In this document: piece after piece, positions 44,724 to 54,891 of the stretch
Position numbering within the stretch: the first letter of the stretch is position 1
Layout: each line of letters starts with the position of its first letter
NCBI GenBank assembly: GCA_044342075.1
Contig: JBIIQM010000006.1
Span: 1 to 59,327 of the forward strand
DNA length: 59,327 nucleotides
Reading direction: 5' to 3'
Source: Pirellulales bacterium
Lineage (GTDB): Bacteria > Planctomycetota > Planctomycetia > Pirellulales > UBA1268
The notes under the pieces: model-generated
The model's input: the letters and a program-made list of their open reading frames with translations, nothing else
Told to the model about the DNA's origin: nothing
Databases searched by the model: none
Made by a program: the position numbers and the translations under genes

Positions 44724-46054
44724 TGAAAGCCTTCCAGCTCTCGGCGGATGACCTCGAGAAACTCTAGGCCCGCGGCGGGCGGATTCCGGCCAGCCGAGCA
44801 GAGGCAGCTGAGCGTCGTCGTGCCGGCATACGGCAGCACGGCCACCGAGGCCCGCGTTCGCGGCCGCAGCGGCGGAACACCGCGGAAACCGCGAATCACC
44901 AGGCCGCCGGGCGCGTCGCGGCCGTCGATCTTTGGCACGCCCGCCCGCATCCTGCGGCTGACATCCCCCAGATTGCTGACGATCACCGTCGAGAGGCAGA
45001 TCGGCAGACGCGTCACGGCCTTCAGGAGCAAGGGGCTCTTGGACAGAAACCTCACAGCCTCCAGGAATCCGACGACGGCCCCCGACGCGAGAATCCACCG
45101 CGACGCGGCGGCCAGCGAGCCGACGAGCGATTCCCGATCGCGGCACGCCTCGCGGGAGCGATCCAGAAAAGCGTAGCTGATTTCGTTGCTGGCAGGCTCG
45201 CGCTGCCGCGGCGCCCGCGTGCTCACGGGCATCGTCACCCGCACACCTCCCCGACGCTTCCCGGCGCGATCGTTCCAGGCGACCGCCGCCCGCATCACTG
45301 CAGCCACGATCAAGTCGTTGACCGTTGCTTTCCTCGAGGCGGCAGCCGCTCGCAACCGCGAAGTCAATGCCTCGTCGAGTTCGATCGTCGCATACGGCGG
45401 CTCGACCGTGGCACTTCGCGGCTCGGTCGCGGCTGACCGAGTGCGTGCCAGCGCTGCCGGAAAAAACCGCGCGAATGCAATCGCCTCGCCCACGGGATCG
45501 ATCGCGGGGGTCTGTTCACCCGGCGTCGGCTTCGGGCCTTCGTTGCCACGCGTCGCTGGCCGCGAGAAGCCCCGTGGCTCGAGCCCCTCGTAGCAGGCCC
45601 AGAGGTCACCCATGAATTCACACGCGGCGATGCCGTCGCAGACGGAGTGATGCACCACCATCCCGACGCTGTGCAGCCGTGGGCCGATCGGGCGGGCGAC
45701 GATTCGCACGCCGCTCTCGCGCTCGAGATCGACGGGCCGCCAAGGATCCATGGCCTCGGCCTGCGGATGCCAGACGAATGCCGGCTGAACGTCCGGCAGG
45801 AGCCAATGCGGCCGGCCTCCGCGCCAGGCCACGCGACTGCAAAACCGTGGATGCCGTCGCGCCGCCTCATCGACCGCCTTTCGCAACCGCTCCTCCTCGA
45901 GATCCCCCTCGACGATGCACTCGAGGAAGAAACACATCGGGTGCCCGGGCCGCGCATCCACCAGCATGAGATGATCGAATGGCGCCAGCGGTTCACCGAC
46001 GGCAGGCGGTGGCGGGGCGGGCGGGCTGACGGCAATTTCTGGGCGGGCGAGCAT
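44720..46054 (-). CDS. Condensation-domain / PapA-like CoA-dependent acyltransferase
   Basis: HHSVCDG (HHxxxDG) catalytic motif, RRHPRF, ATVNDL, SNLG; start reassigned to MLARPE. Confidence 0.8.
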   Translation of the reverse strand: MLARPEIAVSPPAPPPPAVGEPLAPFDHLMLVDARPGHPMCFFLECIVEGDLEEERLRKAVDEAARRHPRFCSRVAWRGGRPHWLLPDVQPAFVWHPQAEAMDPWRPVDLERESGVRIVARPIGPRLHSVGMVVHHSVCDGIAACEFMGDLWACYEGLEPRGFSRPATRGNEGPKPTPGEQTPAIDPVGEAIAFARFFPAALARTRSAATEPRSATVEPPYATIELDEALTSRLRAAAASRKATVNDLIVAAVMRAAVAWNDRAGKRRGGVRVTMPVSTRAPRQREPASNEISYAFLDRSREACRDRESLVGSLAAASRWILASGAVVGFLEAVRFLSKSPLLLKAVTRLPICLSTVIVSNLGDVSRRMRAGVPKIDGRDAPGGLVIRGFRGVPPLRPRTRASVAVLPYAGTTTLSCLCSAGRNPPAAGLEFLEVIRRELEGFQ

Positions 46055-46143
46055 GGCAGCCGCGACGATACCCTCGCGGCCCGACGGTCTCGAATATGCC
46101 ATAAAAAAAGCCGAAAACAGCCACAGAGCGCCAAAACGCCAAC

Positions 46144-46171
46144 TTGACCGGATGCGGAATCTAGGCATACT
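46144..46171 (+). promoter_or_regulatory. Candidate sigma70-like promoter of the PKS operon
   Basis: TTGACC-N16-CATACT in the divergent intergenic region. Confidence 0.4.
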
Positions 46172-46366
46172 GCGTGGTCTGTAGCGACCCGGCGGCCAAG
46201 GTTTCCGCCGATTTTTCCCAGGGATGGGGCGTTCGTTTTCTTCGAGAAAAACGCCAACACCATCCATCTCTTCCCTCGACACGCATGTCGATGACGGCTT
46301 CGAGCAGGTGCGAGCGATCGCGCTCCGCTCGGCCTCACTCTTCTTTCTGACGACAAGGACGCCGAT

Positions 46367-49300
46367 TTGAACGAACCACTTGCCATTGTGGGCATGGCCT
46401 GCCGCCTGCCCGGAGCCGACGGGCTCGAAGCCTTCTGGAAGCTCGTCGTGGAGCGGAATGCCGCCTGGGGTCCGCTGCCCGAATCGCGGCTGCCTCGCGA
46501 CCTCTATTTCCATCCCGAGAAGAGCCGGGTTGGCAAGAGCTATTCGGAAATGGGCGCCGTCGTGTCTGACAGGCCCGTCGATCCGGCGGCCTGCCCGATC
46601 ACGCCCGATCTCGCCACACGCTACGACATCGCCCACCACATCTTTCTCGAAGTGGCGTCGCTGGCCTGCCGCGATGCGGGCATGGATCCCTTCGCCATGC
46701 CGGCCGATCGCAAAACGGGCGTCTACGTTGGCCACACCGGCGGCAGCACGCGGATCGGCGACATCGTCTACTCGACCGGCATTGACGAAGCTGCTTCGCT
46801 GCTCGCCGAAACGGGCCCGGCCCGCGACCTGCTCGGTGACCAAGTCGGCGACGTCGCGGCGGAGGTGGTCGATGCCGTGCGGCGGCGATATCCAGGCCGG
46901 CGCCCCGGAGAGAAGCTCGATCTCGGCGCGCTCGGTGCCGCGCAGATCGTGCATGAAGCGCTGCGGCTCAATGGCCCCTTCCTCGTCGTCGATGCGGCCT
47001 GCGCCTCGTCGCTTCAAGCGATGGCGATCGGCGCCCGGGCGATCCTGCAAGGTGGCATCGACCAGGCGATCGTCGGCGGCGCGTCGTACTGCAAGTCCGA
47101 CAGCCTCGTGCTCTTCTCCGCCGCGCAGTCGGTGAGCAACAGCGGCTCCTGCCCCTTCGGCGAGGCGGCCGACGGGCTCATCACGGCGGAAGGCTATGTC
47201 GCCCTCGTGATCAAGAAGCTCTCCCGCGCGATCGCGGATGGTGACCGCATCCGGGCCGTGATCCGCGGCCTCGGCGTCGCCAGCGACGGCAAGGGGAAGA
47301 GCCTCTGGGCGCCGCGGCAGGAAGGGCAGGTCATGGCCGTGGAGCGGGCCTACCCGAATCCCGCCGATCTCGGCCGCATCGAATACATCGAAGCGCATGC
47401 CACGAGCACGCAGGTGGGCGACGCGACGGAGCTCTCGGCGCTCTCGCGATTCCTGAAGCCACACGTCTCGGCCGGCCAGCGGATTCCGATCGGCAGCGTG
47501 AAGGCCAATATCGGCCATACGCTCGAGACGGCGGGCATCGCCAGCCTCGTGAAGGTGGTGCTGGCGATGGAGCACGGCGTGATCCCGCCGGGCTCCACGT
47601 GCGAAGAACTCAACAGCGAGTTCGATTGGCAGAATGGTCCCTTCACCGTGCCGCGGGCGCCAGTCGCCTGGCCGGCCCACGCCGATGGCTCGCCCCGCCA
47701 TGCGGCCGTCAACGCCTTCGGCATCGGCGGGCTCAATGTCCACGTCGCGCTCTCCGAGCATGTGCCGTCCACCGCGCCGCGGTCGATCGCGTCGTCGCCT
47801 TCCGACGACGACTGCATCGCGATCGTGGGCGCCGGCTGCGTGCTCCCCGGGGCGCTTGCGCTCGACGCCTTCTTCGCGCGGATCGACAGCGGTGAATCCG
47901 CGATCGGGCCCGTGCCGGCCGACCGTTGGCAGGCGGCCCGCGCCGTCGATCGCTCCGCCCCGCGCACATGGCACACGATGTCTGATCGCGGCGGATTCGT
48001 CCGCGATTTCGCCTATGACTGGCGCCGCCACAAAGTGCCGCCGAAGCAGATCGCCGCGGCCAACCCGCTGCAATTCATGCTGCTCGAGGCGGCCGATGCG
48101 GCGATCGCCGACGCCGGTGGCCCTGAGGCCGGCCTCGACCGCAAGCGCACCGGCGTCGTCGTCGGCACGCTCTTTGGCGGCGACTTCGCCAATCAGCTGC
48201 AGCTGGGCCTGCGGCTCCCCGAGACGGGCCGCGACCTGCGCGGCGTGCTCGCCCGCCGCGGCATCTCCCCGGCCGACGTCGATCGCATCGTGGAGGCCTA
48301 TGAAAAGACGCTGCTCGAACGGATGCCCGCGCTCGTCGACGAGACGGGCAGCTTCACGAGCAGCACGCTCGCCAGCCGGCTTACAAAGACATTCGATCTC
48401 ATGGGGGGCGCGCTCGCGCTCGACTCCGGCGATTGCTCGAGCGTCTCGGCGCTCGCGGCGGCGGCCGACTTGCTTCGCCAAGGCGACTGCGATGCGGTGA
48501 TCTGCGCCGCGGGCCAGCGTTCGCTCGACCTCATGGCGTTCGAGGGCCTGTCGCTCATCGGCAAGCTCGGTGACAAGGCCGATGCTCTGGTGCCCGGTGA
48601 AGGCGCGGTGGTGTTCGTGCTCAAGCGGCTGAAAGACGCCCGCGCCGCCGGCAACCGGATCCGCGGCATCATCCGCAACGCCGAAGTCCATTCCTCGGAG
48701 CCCGCATCACGTCTGGCTGCGCCCGCGCTCGCGGGCTTGTTTGGCCACACCGGCGCTGTGGCCGCCGCCGCCGAGGTGCTCTCGCTCACGAAGACAAAGG
48801 CTGAAGGCACGATCACGATCAACCACGGCCCACTCGTTGGCAGGATCGAAGTCGGGGAGACCGCGCGTCGGCCCGCCGTGTCGCCCGCACCGCAGCAATC
48901 GCCGGCGGTTGCCGGCAAGCCGCTCGTTGCCGCGCTCTTCCCGGGGCAGGGTTCGCAATACACCGACATGTTCCGCGGCCTCGTCGCGGAGTCGGCCGAG
49001 GCTCGCGACGCACTCGCGCGGCTCGATGGCGTGGCCCGTGCGCTCGGCCACGAAACGCTCTCCGAGATCGCCTGGCGGCCCGACAACGGCCTCGGCACGC
49101 GGATCTGGGACACGCAATGGGCGATGTACCTCGGCGACCTGTTCGCCTGGGACGTGCTCCGCGGCATGGGCTTCTCCCCCGATGTCGTGGCCAGCCACAG
49201 TTTCGGTGAGTTTCCGGCGCTCGCCGCGACGGCAGCCTGGTCGTTCGAGGATGGCGCGCGGGCCACGCGAGCCCGCGCCGATGCCGTCGAGCAGCACGGC

Positions 49301-52300
49301 CCGCGCGATGGCGCGATGCTCTCGGTCATCGCGGATCGCGCGACGGTGCAGTCCGCGATCGAGCCCTTTGCCGGGCAGGTCTGGGTGTGCGCTGAAAACG
49401 CGCCGGAGCAATTCGTGATCGGCGGCACGGCCCGCGTCGTCGATGCCGTCGAGGTCTTGATCGAATCGCGGCGGGTGAAGTCGAAGCGGCTCGCGGTGCC
49501 GAGCCCCTTCCACACGCCCTTGCTCGCGCGTTCGGCCGAGCAGTTGGCCGCCACGATCGATTCGCTTTCTATCAAGGCACCGGCCACTCCGGTCTTCAGC
49601 AGCACCACCGTCTCGCGGATGGCCGCTCCCTCGGCCGTTCGCGAAAGCCTCATCCGGCAGATGACGGAGACGGTCCGCTGGATCAGCGTCGTCGAAGCGC
49701 TTTACGCGGCGGGCGTCCGCACGTTTGTCGAAGTGGGCCCGTCGGGCGTGCTCACCGGCCTCGCGCGGCGGATTCTCGAGGGCCGCGAGGGCTGCACGTT
49801 CCTGCAGTTCGATCAGCGCGGCCGCGCCGCCGGCGAACACCTCGCGCGGCTGCGGGAGCAACTTGAAAAGGCCGGTGCGATCCGGGCCCCTGAGCAGGCA
49901 TATAAGAAGGCGCGGAACCAGGCGCAGCAGCCCCGCGGCACCGTCGTCTCATTCGATGCCACGGCGCGCCGCCGTGAGCGCAATCGCGCGGGCACGAGCC
50001 AGCGGGTCGCGCCGCGCGAGCCGGCCCCGAGTGCATCGCGGGCGGCGAAGCAGCCTGTCGCCGTTGCGGTGGGCGGCGGCCACAACGGCTCGTCCCATGT
50101 GAACGGCAACGGCAACGGCAACGGCAACGGCCATGGCAATGGCGACTGGCAGCGGGGCGCGAGCGCGATGCTCGTGGCCGAGCGGCCGGTTGCCGCCAAG
50201 CCCGCGGCCCCGCGCAATCCGGCACCGGTTCCGGCGCAGCCCGCGCCTCGGGCTGCCGGCAGCGAGATCGAGGCATTCCTCGTCGACTTCGTCGTGGAGC
50301 AGACGGGTTATCCGCGCGAGATCGTGGAGCTCGATGCCGATCTCGAGGCCGATCTCGGCATCGACAGCATCCGCAAGGCGCAGCTCTTCGGCGAAATTGG
50401 CCAGAAGTATTCGCTCAAGGCCGATGACAGCGTCTCGCTCGATGAGTTCCCCACGCTCCGTCATCTCCTCGACTACATGCTCCCTCGCGTCGGCACCAGT
50501 GCGGCTCCGCAAGCCAATGGCCATGCTGCCAAGACTGTCGTTGCTGCACCCGCTGCGGTGGCAGCTCCGGCGACGAGCGACCGTTCACTCGAGCTCGAAG
50601 CCTTCCTCGTTGATTTCGTCGTCGAGCAGACGGGCTATCCCCGCGAGATCGTGGAGCTCGACGCCGACCTCGAGGCCGATCTCGGCATCGACAGCATTCG
50701 CAAGGCGCAGCTCTTCGGCGAGATCGGACAGAAGTATTCGCTCAAGGCTGATGACAGCGTCTCGCTCGACGAGTTCCCCACGCTGCGGCATCTCCTCGAC
50801 TACATGCTCCCGCGCGTCGGCGCAAGCCCTGCGTCGGCCCCGGTGGCGGCCGCAGTGACAACGCCGGCTGTGGCGGCGCCGGCAGTGGCAGCCCCGGTGG
50901 CAGCCCCGCCAGTGAAGGCCGAGCCGGCTTCAGGTGACCGCTCGCAGGAACTGGAAACATTCCTCGTCGATTTCGTCGTCGAGCAGACGGGCTATCCGCG
51001 CGAGATCGTGGAGCTCGACGCCGATCTCGAGGCCGACCTCGGCATCGACAGCATTCGCAAGGCACAGCTCTTCGGCGAGATCGGCCAAAAGTATGGCCTC
51101 AAGGCCGACGACAGCGTCTCGCTCGACGAGTTCCCCACGCTGCGGCACCTCCTCGACTACATGCTCCCGCGCGTCGGCGGCGGTTCGACTGCGGCGGCGG
51201 TGAGGCCAGAGCCTGTGCGAGAAGAGCCGGTGGCCGTCGATCTGGCCGCAGCGCTCGGCGGCTTCGATGCCCTGCTCGTCGCGCCGGCGGATCCCGCGGC
51301 CCCGCGCGGTCTGATCGCGTGTTTTGGCCGACATGCCTCGCCGGTGGTGAGGCGAACCGAATCGGACGGTCTCCATGCAACGCTCGTCGGCGCCGCTGGA
51401 TTGCCCGGGGCGCTCGTGGGCTGGAATGCCGCCGGCCTTGTCGCGTGCGCGGCTGGTGTGACTGGCCGTGACGCCATGGCGGCGACGGCGCTCGTGGAAG
51501 AGATCGTCACCTCCTGCCGCTCGACCGCTGATGCCGAACGGCTGATCGGCGGGCTCTCCCGGGCGCCGCAGGGGCTCTTCGTTTCGCATGTCACCGGCAG
51601 CGCGCCGCAGGTTTTCTCCGTTTGCGATCCGAAGTCGCCGCTCCAGCGCGTGGCCCTCGCCGACGGCGCCGTCGATGCCCCCCAGGCGCTCGCGGCCCTG
51701 CTGAACCGGAATAACACCGCCGCTCGCGACGCCCTCTCGGCCACGTGCGCCTGGCTCGCCTGCGGCGTGTCAGATTCTGCTGCGACCGCGGTTTCCGGTG
51801 GTGCCTTCGCGGGCGAATGGCTCGGCGTCGATCCGGCCATCGCCGGCGCGGCCTGGCGGCCAGCCGCGGACGAGATCACGCGGCGTTATGGACTTGCCAT
51901 TCGCGAACTCGGCGCCACGCGGGCCGTGCGTAGTCTTGCCGGCGAGCGGGTGATGATCCTCGGAAGCGGTGGGCTGGCGGAATCGCTGGTGCAGGCCGTT
52001 CAGGCGAGCGGCGCCGTTCCGGTCCGCGTTGGTTGCGGCTCGGTTGAAGAGGTGATCGCTGCGGTCGAACGCGCCGAGGAAGACAAGCCGGTGCGCCACG
52101 TCCTCGTGGCCGCCCGGCCGGAGCAACCCGGAGACCATTGGGCCGGACGTCGCAACGAGTCCATCGTCGCGCCGTTCTTCGCCTGCCAGCGTTGGATCAT
52201 GATGCGGGGCAAGGCGGGCGACATCGCCTCGGCCACGCTGACGGCCGTGGTCGATCTCGGCGGTGACTTCGGCATCTCGGGGGCCATCGGTGCCGTCGAG

Positions 52301-54220
52301 GGGGGCGCGGTCGCCGGTCTTTTCAAGGGCATCGCCCGCGAGTTCCCGTCGCTCCACGTGCGCGTGGTCGATGCGCCGAAAACCGTCGCCCCGTCGCAGT
52401 TGGCCGTCGCCGTCGTCGAAGAAATGCAGGATGCCGCCGGACCGGTCGAGGTCGGCCTCGTGAATGGCCGCCGGGTGACCGTCGTGCCCTGCGAGCAGCG
52501 TCCGCAGTCTGGCAAGCCGCTCGCTTCGCTCGCGCGTGGCAGCGTATGGATCGTGACCGGAGGCGCGCGGGGCGTGACGGCGGAGTGTGCCCGCGAGCTG
52601 GGGCGCCGCCACGGCCTCGTGCTCGCGCTCGTCGGCTCGACGAGTCCCGTCGCCGTCGATTCGTCGTGGCTCGCGCTCGACGAGGCGGGGCTCAAGGAGC
52701 TCAAGGGGCGCGTGATGCTCGACGCCCGCGGTCAAGGCGCCGATCCCCGGTCGGCCTGGCGCAAGGTCGAGAAGTCGATCGAAATCGAGAAATCGCTTGC
52801 CCGATTCCGCAAGGCCGGAGTCGATGCCCGTTATTTCGCCTGCGATCTCGCCGACGAGGCCGCCGTGCGGTCACTCGTGCAGCGGGTCGCGAGAGAGTTG
52901 GGTGCGGTGCGGGGCGTGCTGCATGGCGCCGGGTTCGAGTCGGCCTGCCGCTTCGAGAAGAAGACGCTCGAGGGGCTCGCCGCCACGCTCGGCCCGAAGT
53001 GCGTCGGAATCGAGCACTTGCTCGCGTCACTCGATCCGGCCGCGCTCGAGGCGGTCGTCGGCTTCGGTTCGACGAGCGGCCGTCTCGGTGGCCACGGTCA
53101 GGCCGATTATTCGCTCGCCAACGACATGCTGGCGAAGATCCTCGGCGCGCGGCGGCAACGCGGCCTGCGGGCCACGGTGTTTCATTGGCATGCCTGGGAC
53201 GAAGTGGGCATGGCGAGTCGGCCTGAGAGCCGGTTCGTGCTGGAGCAGTTCGGCCTCAAGTTCATGCCGCTGGCCGAAGGCGTCCGCCGCTTCATGAACG
53301 AGCTCGAGGCGGGATTGCCCGAGGCCGAGGTGCTGGTCACCGAACCGGCCTGCGTGCCGGAAGCAGTAGCCGCGGGCGCGCCCGCCGCTCCTGGCAAACG
53401 AGGCAGCCTCACCGCCGGCGCCACGTCGTCGGAAGTCACATTCCAACTGGATCCGAACACGGATCGGTTCCTGCTCGACCATCTGCAGTTCGGGCGGCCA
53501 CTGCTGCCTGCGGTCATGGGGGCGGAGCTTCTCGCGCAGGCGGCAATCGCCTCCGGAGCCTGCGGCGAGGTGCAGGAGATTCGCGACTTCACCGTCGAGC
53601 GGCCGATTGCTTTCCCGACCGACCAGCCGCGGCAGGTGAAGGTCGAGCTTGCCGCCGCGGATAAAGGCGCCGTGGAAGCGGTGGGCTATGCGGCCACCGA
53701 GCAACGCCCGGCCATTCGCGGCGTCGTCTCCACGGAGGCAGCCGCGCCGATCGTGGAAAAGAAATCGGAGCCGCCGCTCCCCTTCAACCCCATGGTCTAT
53801 GCCGACGATGCGCCCCTGCGGCACGGCGCTTCTTTCCGCACGCTGACAGGCCTGTTCCTCGACCGCACCGGCGGCTGGGGCCGCCTCGTCGCTCCGGCGG
53901 CCGATGTCGTCGCGGCCCCTCGCGGTGCCGGGGGCTGGACCGTGCCGGCCGCGTTGCTCGACGGCTGCATCGTGGCCTGCGCCGTCTATTCCTACATCCT
54001 TTGCGGGCTGCGGGTGGAAGTGCCGGTGAAGTTCGAGCGGCTGCGAATCACAGGCCGGCCGCGGAGCGGCGAGACCTGCATCGCGCGGCTCGTGTTCCGC
54101 TCGAACGACGTGCGGGAGAGCGTCTACGACCTCGTGCTTTTCGGTGACGATGGCCGTGCGCTCCTCGCGCTCGACGGCTTGCATCTGGCGATCATGGGCG
54201 CCGAGAAAGGTCGCGGATGA
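46367..54220 (+). CDS. Iterative type I polyketide / PUFA-synthase-like megasynthase (KS-KS'-AT-ACPx3-insert-KR-DH)
   Basis: KS1 DAACASS/EAHATST/NIGH; KS2 DSGDCSS; AT FPGQGSQ/SHSFGE/SPFH; three LGIDSI; KR TGGARG/GQADYSLAN; DH DHLQFGRPLLP/LLDG; TTG start after AAGGA. Confidence 0.93.
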   Translation: MNEPLAIVGMACRLPGADGLEAFWKLVVERNAAWGPLPESRLPRDLYFHPEKSRVGKSYSEMGAVVSDRPVDPAACPITPDLATRYDIAHHIFLEVASLACRDAGMDPFAMPADRKTGVYVGHTGGSTRIGDIVYSTGIDEAASLLAETGPARDLLGDQVGDVAAEVVDAVRRRYPGRRPGEKLDLGALGAAQIVHEALRLNGPFLVVDAACASSLQAMAIGARAILQGGIDQAIVGGASYCKSDSLVLFSAAQSVSNSGSCPFGEAADGLITAEGYVALVIKKLSRAIADGDRIRAVIRGLGVASDGKGKSLWAPRQEGQVMAVERAYPNPADLGRIEYIEAHATSTQVGDATELSALSRFLKPHVSAGQRIPIGSVKANIGHTLETAGIASLVKVVLAMEHGVIPPGSTCEELNSEFDWQNGPFTVPRAPVAWPAHADGSPRHAAVNAFGIGGLNVHVALSEHVPSTAPRSIASSPSDDDCIAIVGAGCVLPGALALDAFFARIDSGESAIGPVPADRWQAARAVDRSAPRTWHTMSDRGGFVRDFAYDWRRHKVPPKQIAAANPLQFMLLEAADAAIADAGGPEAGLDRKRTGVVVGTLFGGDFANQLQLGLRLPETGRDLRGVLARRGISPADVDRIVEAYEKTLLERMPALVDETGSFTSSTLASRLTKTFDLMGGALALDSGDCSSVSALAAAADLLRQGDCDAVICAAGQRSLDLMAFEGLSLIGKLGDKADALVPGEGAVVFVLKRLKDARAAGNRIRGIIRNAEVHSSEPASRLAAPALAGLFGHTGAVAAAAEVLSLTKTKAEGTITINHGPLVGRIEVGETARRPAVSPAPQQSPAVAGKPLVAALFPGQGSQYTDMFRGLVAESAEARDALARLDGVARALGHETLSEIAWRPDNGLGTRIWDTQWAMYLGDLFAWDVLRGMGFSPDVVASHSFGEFPALAATAAWSFEDGARATRARADAVEQHGPRDGAMLSVIADRATVQSAIEPFAGQVWVCAENAPEQFVIGGTARVVDAVEVLIESRRVKSKRLAVPSPFHTPLLARSAEQLAATIDSLSIKAPATPVFSSTTVSRMAAPSAVRESLIRQMTETVRWISVVEALYAAGVRTFVEVGPSGVLTGLARRILEGREGCTFLQFDQRGRAAGEHLARLREQLEKAGAIRAPEQAYKKARNQAQQPRGTVVSFDATARRRERNRAGTSQRVAPREPAPSASRAAKQPVAVAVGGGHNGSSHVNGNGNGNGNGHGNGDWQRGASAMLVAERPVAAKPAAPRNPAPVPAQPAPRAAGSEIEAFLVDFVVEQTGYPREIVELDADLEADLGIDSIRKAQLFGEIGQKYSLKADDSVSLDEFPTLRHLLDYMLPRVGTSAAPQANGHAAKTVVAAPAAVAAPATSDRSLELEAFLVDFVVEQTGYPREIVELDADLEADLGIDSIRKAQLFGEIGQKYSLKADDSVSLDEFPTLRHLLDYMLPRVGASPASAPVAAAVTTPAVAAPAVAAPVAAPPVKAEPASGDRSQELETFLVDFVVEQTGYPREIVELDADLEADLGIDSIRKAQLFGEIGQKYGLKADDSVSLDEFPTLRHLLDYMLPRVGGGSTAAAVRPEPVREEPVAVDLAAALGGFDALLVAPADPAAPRGLIACFGRHASPVVRRTESDGLHATLVGAAGLPGALVGWNAAGLVACAAGVTGRDAMAATALVEEIVTSCRSTADAERLIGGLSRAPQGLFVSHVTGSAPQVFSVCDPKSPLQRVALADGAVDAPQALAALLNRNNTAARDALSATCAWLACGVSDSAATAVSGGAFAGEWLGVDPAIAGAAWRPAADEITRRYGLAIRELGATRAVRSLAGERVMILGSGGLAESLVQAVQASGAVPVRVGCGSVEEVIAAVERAEEDKPVRHVLVAARPEQPGDHWAGRRNESIVAPFFACQRWIMMRGKAGDIASATLTAVVDLGGDFGISGAIGAVEGGAVAGLFKGIAREFPSLHVRVVDAPKTVAPSQLAVAVVEEMQDAAGPVEVGLVNGRRVTVVPCEQRPQSGKPLASLARGSVWIVTGGARGVTAECARELGRRHGLVLALVGSTSPVAVDSSWLALDEAGLKELKGRVMLDARGQGADPRSAWRKVEKSIEIEKSLARFRKAGVDARYFACDLADEAAVRSLVQRVARELGAVRGVLHGAGFESACRFEKKTLEGLAATLGPKCVGIEHLLASLDPAALEAVVGFGSTSGRLGGHGQADYSLANDMLAKILGARRQRGLRATVFHWHAWDEVGMASRPESRFVLEQFGLKFMPLAEGVRRFMNELEAGLPEAEVLVTEPACVPEAVAAGAPAAPGKRGSLTAGATSSEVTFQLDPNTDRFLLDHLQFGRPLLPAVMGAELLAQAAIASGACGEVQEIRDFTVERPIAFPTDQPRQVKVELAAADKGAVEAVGYAATEQRPAIRGVVSTEAAAPIVEKKSEPPLPFNPMVYADDAPLRHGASFRTLTGLFLDRTGGWGRLVAPAADVVAAPRGAGGWTVPAALLDGCIVACAVYSYILCGLRVEVPVKFERLRITGRPRSGETCIARLVFRSNDVRESVYDLVLFGDDGRALLALDGLHLAIMGAEKGRG
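50267..51178 (+). repeat. Three near-identical ACP-coding repeats (228 bp each)
   Basis: 50267-50494, 50594-50821 and 50951-51178, each encoding FLVDFVVEQTGYPREIVELDADLEADLGIDSIRKAQLFGEIGQKY. Confidence 0.92.
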
Positions 54221-54891
54221 TCGACTGCCCTGCGCCGACGAGCCCTTCCCGTCGCTGCATCGATCGCCGTGTCGCGATCGCGGGCTGCCACGTCGATTTT
54301 TCGTTCGACTTTTCGGCAGAGGGAGGTGGTGTGTCAGGCAAGGCCGCCCGGCTCGCCGAAGATCTCGTCGCCGCGCGGATCGGATGCGAAAGGCGCCTGA
54401 TCCGCGTCGCCGCGCTGATGCCATCGGGCCGCCCGGTGGCGATGGTGCGAGGCAGGTCGGCCGCCTTATCCGTGTCGGTGTCGCACATCGGCAGCATGAT
54501 CGCCGCGGCGGTCTGCGGCACGGCCGACGTCGGCATTGATATCGTCGATCCGGCGGAGGCCGGCCGCTCGCTCGATGTGTGGTTCACGCCCGACGAGCTC
54601 GCGCTGCTTCCAGACGAAGACGGCCTCTTGCGGGCCCGGCTCTGGGGGGCCAAGGAAGCTGCCTTCAAGGCCGCCTGCATAGACGATGGATTCCGACCGT
54701 GCTCCGTCGAGATCGATCATCTCGGCTGCACGGGCTTTCGCTGGAGCGTTCGCGGCGAGCATGGCCCGGTCTGCGGCCAGGGCATCTTCACGGTGGCCGG
54801 GATGCATCTGGTGGCCATTGCCGTGGCGGCCGACCACGAGGCGGCCGATGGTTGGGCGCCGTCAGCCGCGGAGGTGGTCGCATGTTCGTGA
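54217..54891 (+). CDS. 4'-phosphopantetheinyl transferase (Sfp-like)
   Basis: SGRP, VSVSH, VGIDIV, WGAKEAAFKA; ATGA overlap with the PKS stop. Confidence 0.85.
   Translation: MIDCPAPTSPSRRCIDRRVAIAGCHVDFSFDFSAEGGGVSGKAARLAEDLVAARIGCERRLIRVAALMPSGRPVAMVRGRSAALSVSVSHIGSMIAAAVCGTADVGIDIVDPAEAGRSLDVWFTPDELALLPDEDGLLRARLWGAKEAAFKAACIDDGFRPCSVEIDHLGCTGFRWSVRGEHGPVCGQGIFTVAGMHLVAIAVAADHEAADGWAPSAAEVVACS

Noticed and set aside
46055-48691. N-terminal ~880 aa of the 1323-aa minus-strand ORF
   Set aside because: Antisense to the PKS KS domains; only 44720-46054 looks like a real protein
50102-50143. (AACGGC)n microsatellite in the PKS as a phase-variation switch
   Set aside because: In-frame hexamer encoding an Asn-Gly linker; copy changes would not shift the frame, and a similar NG linker occurs in gltB
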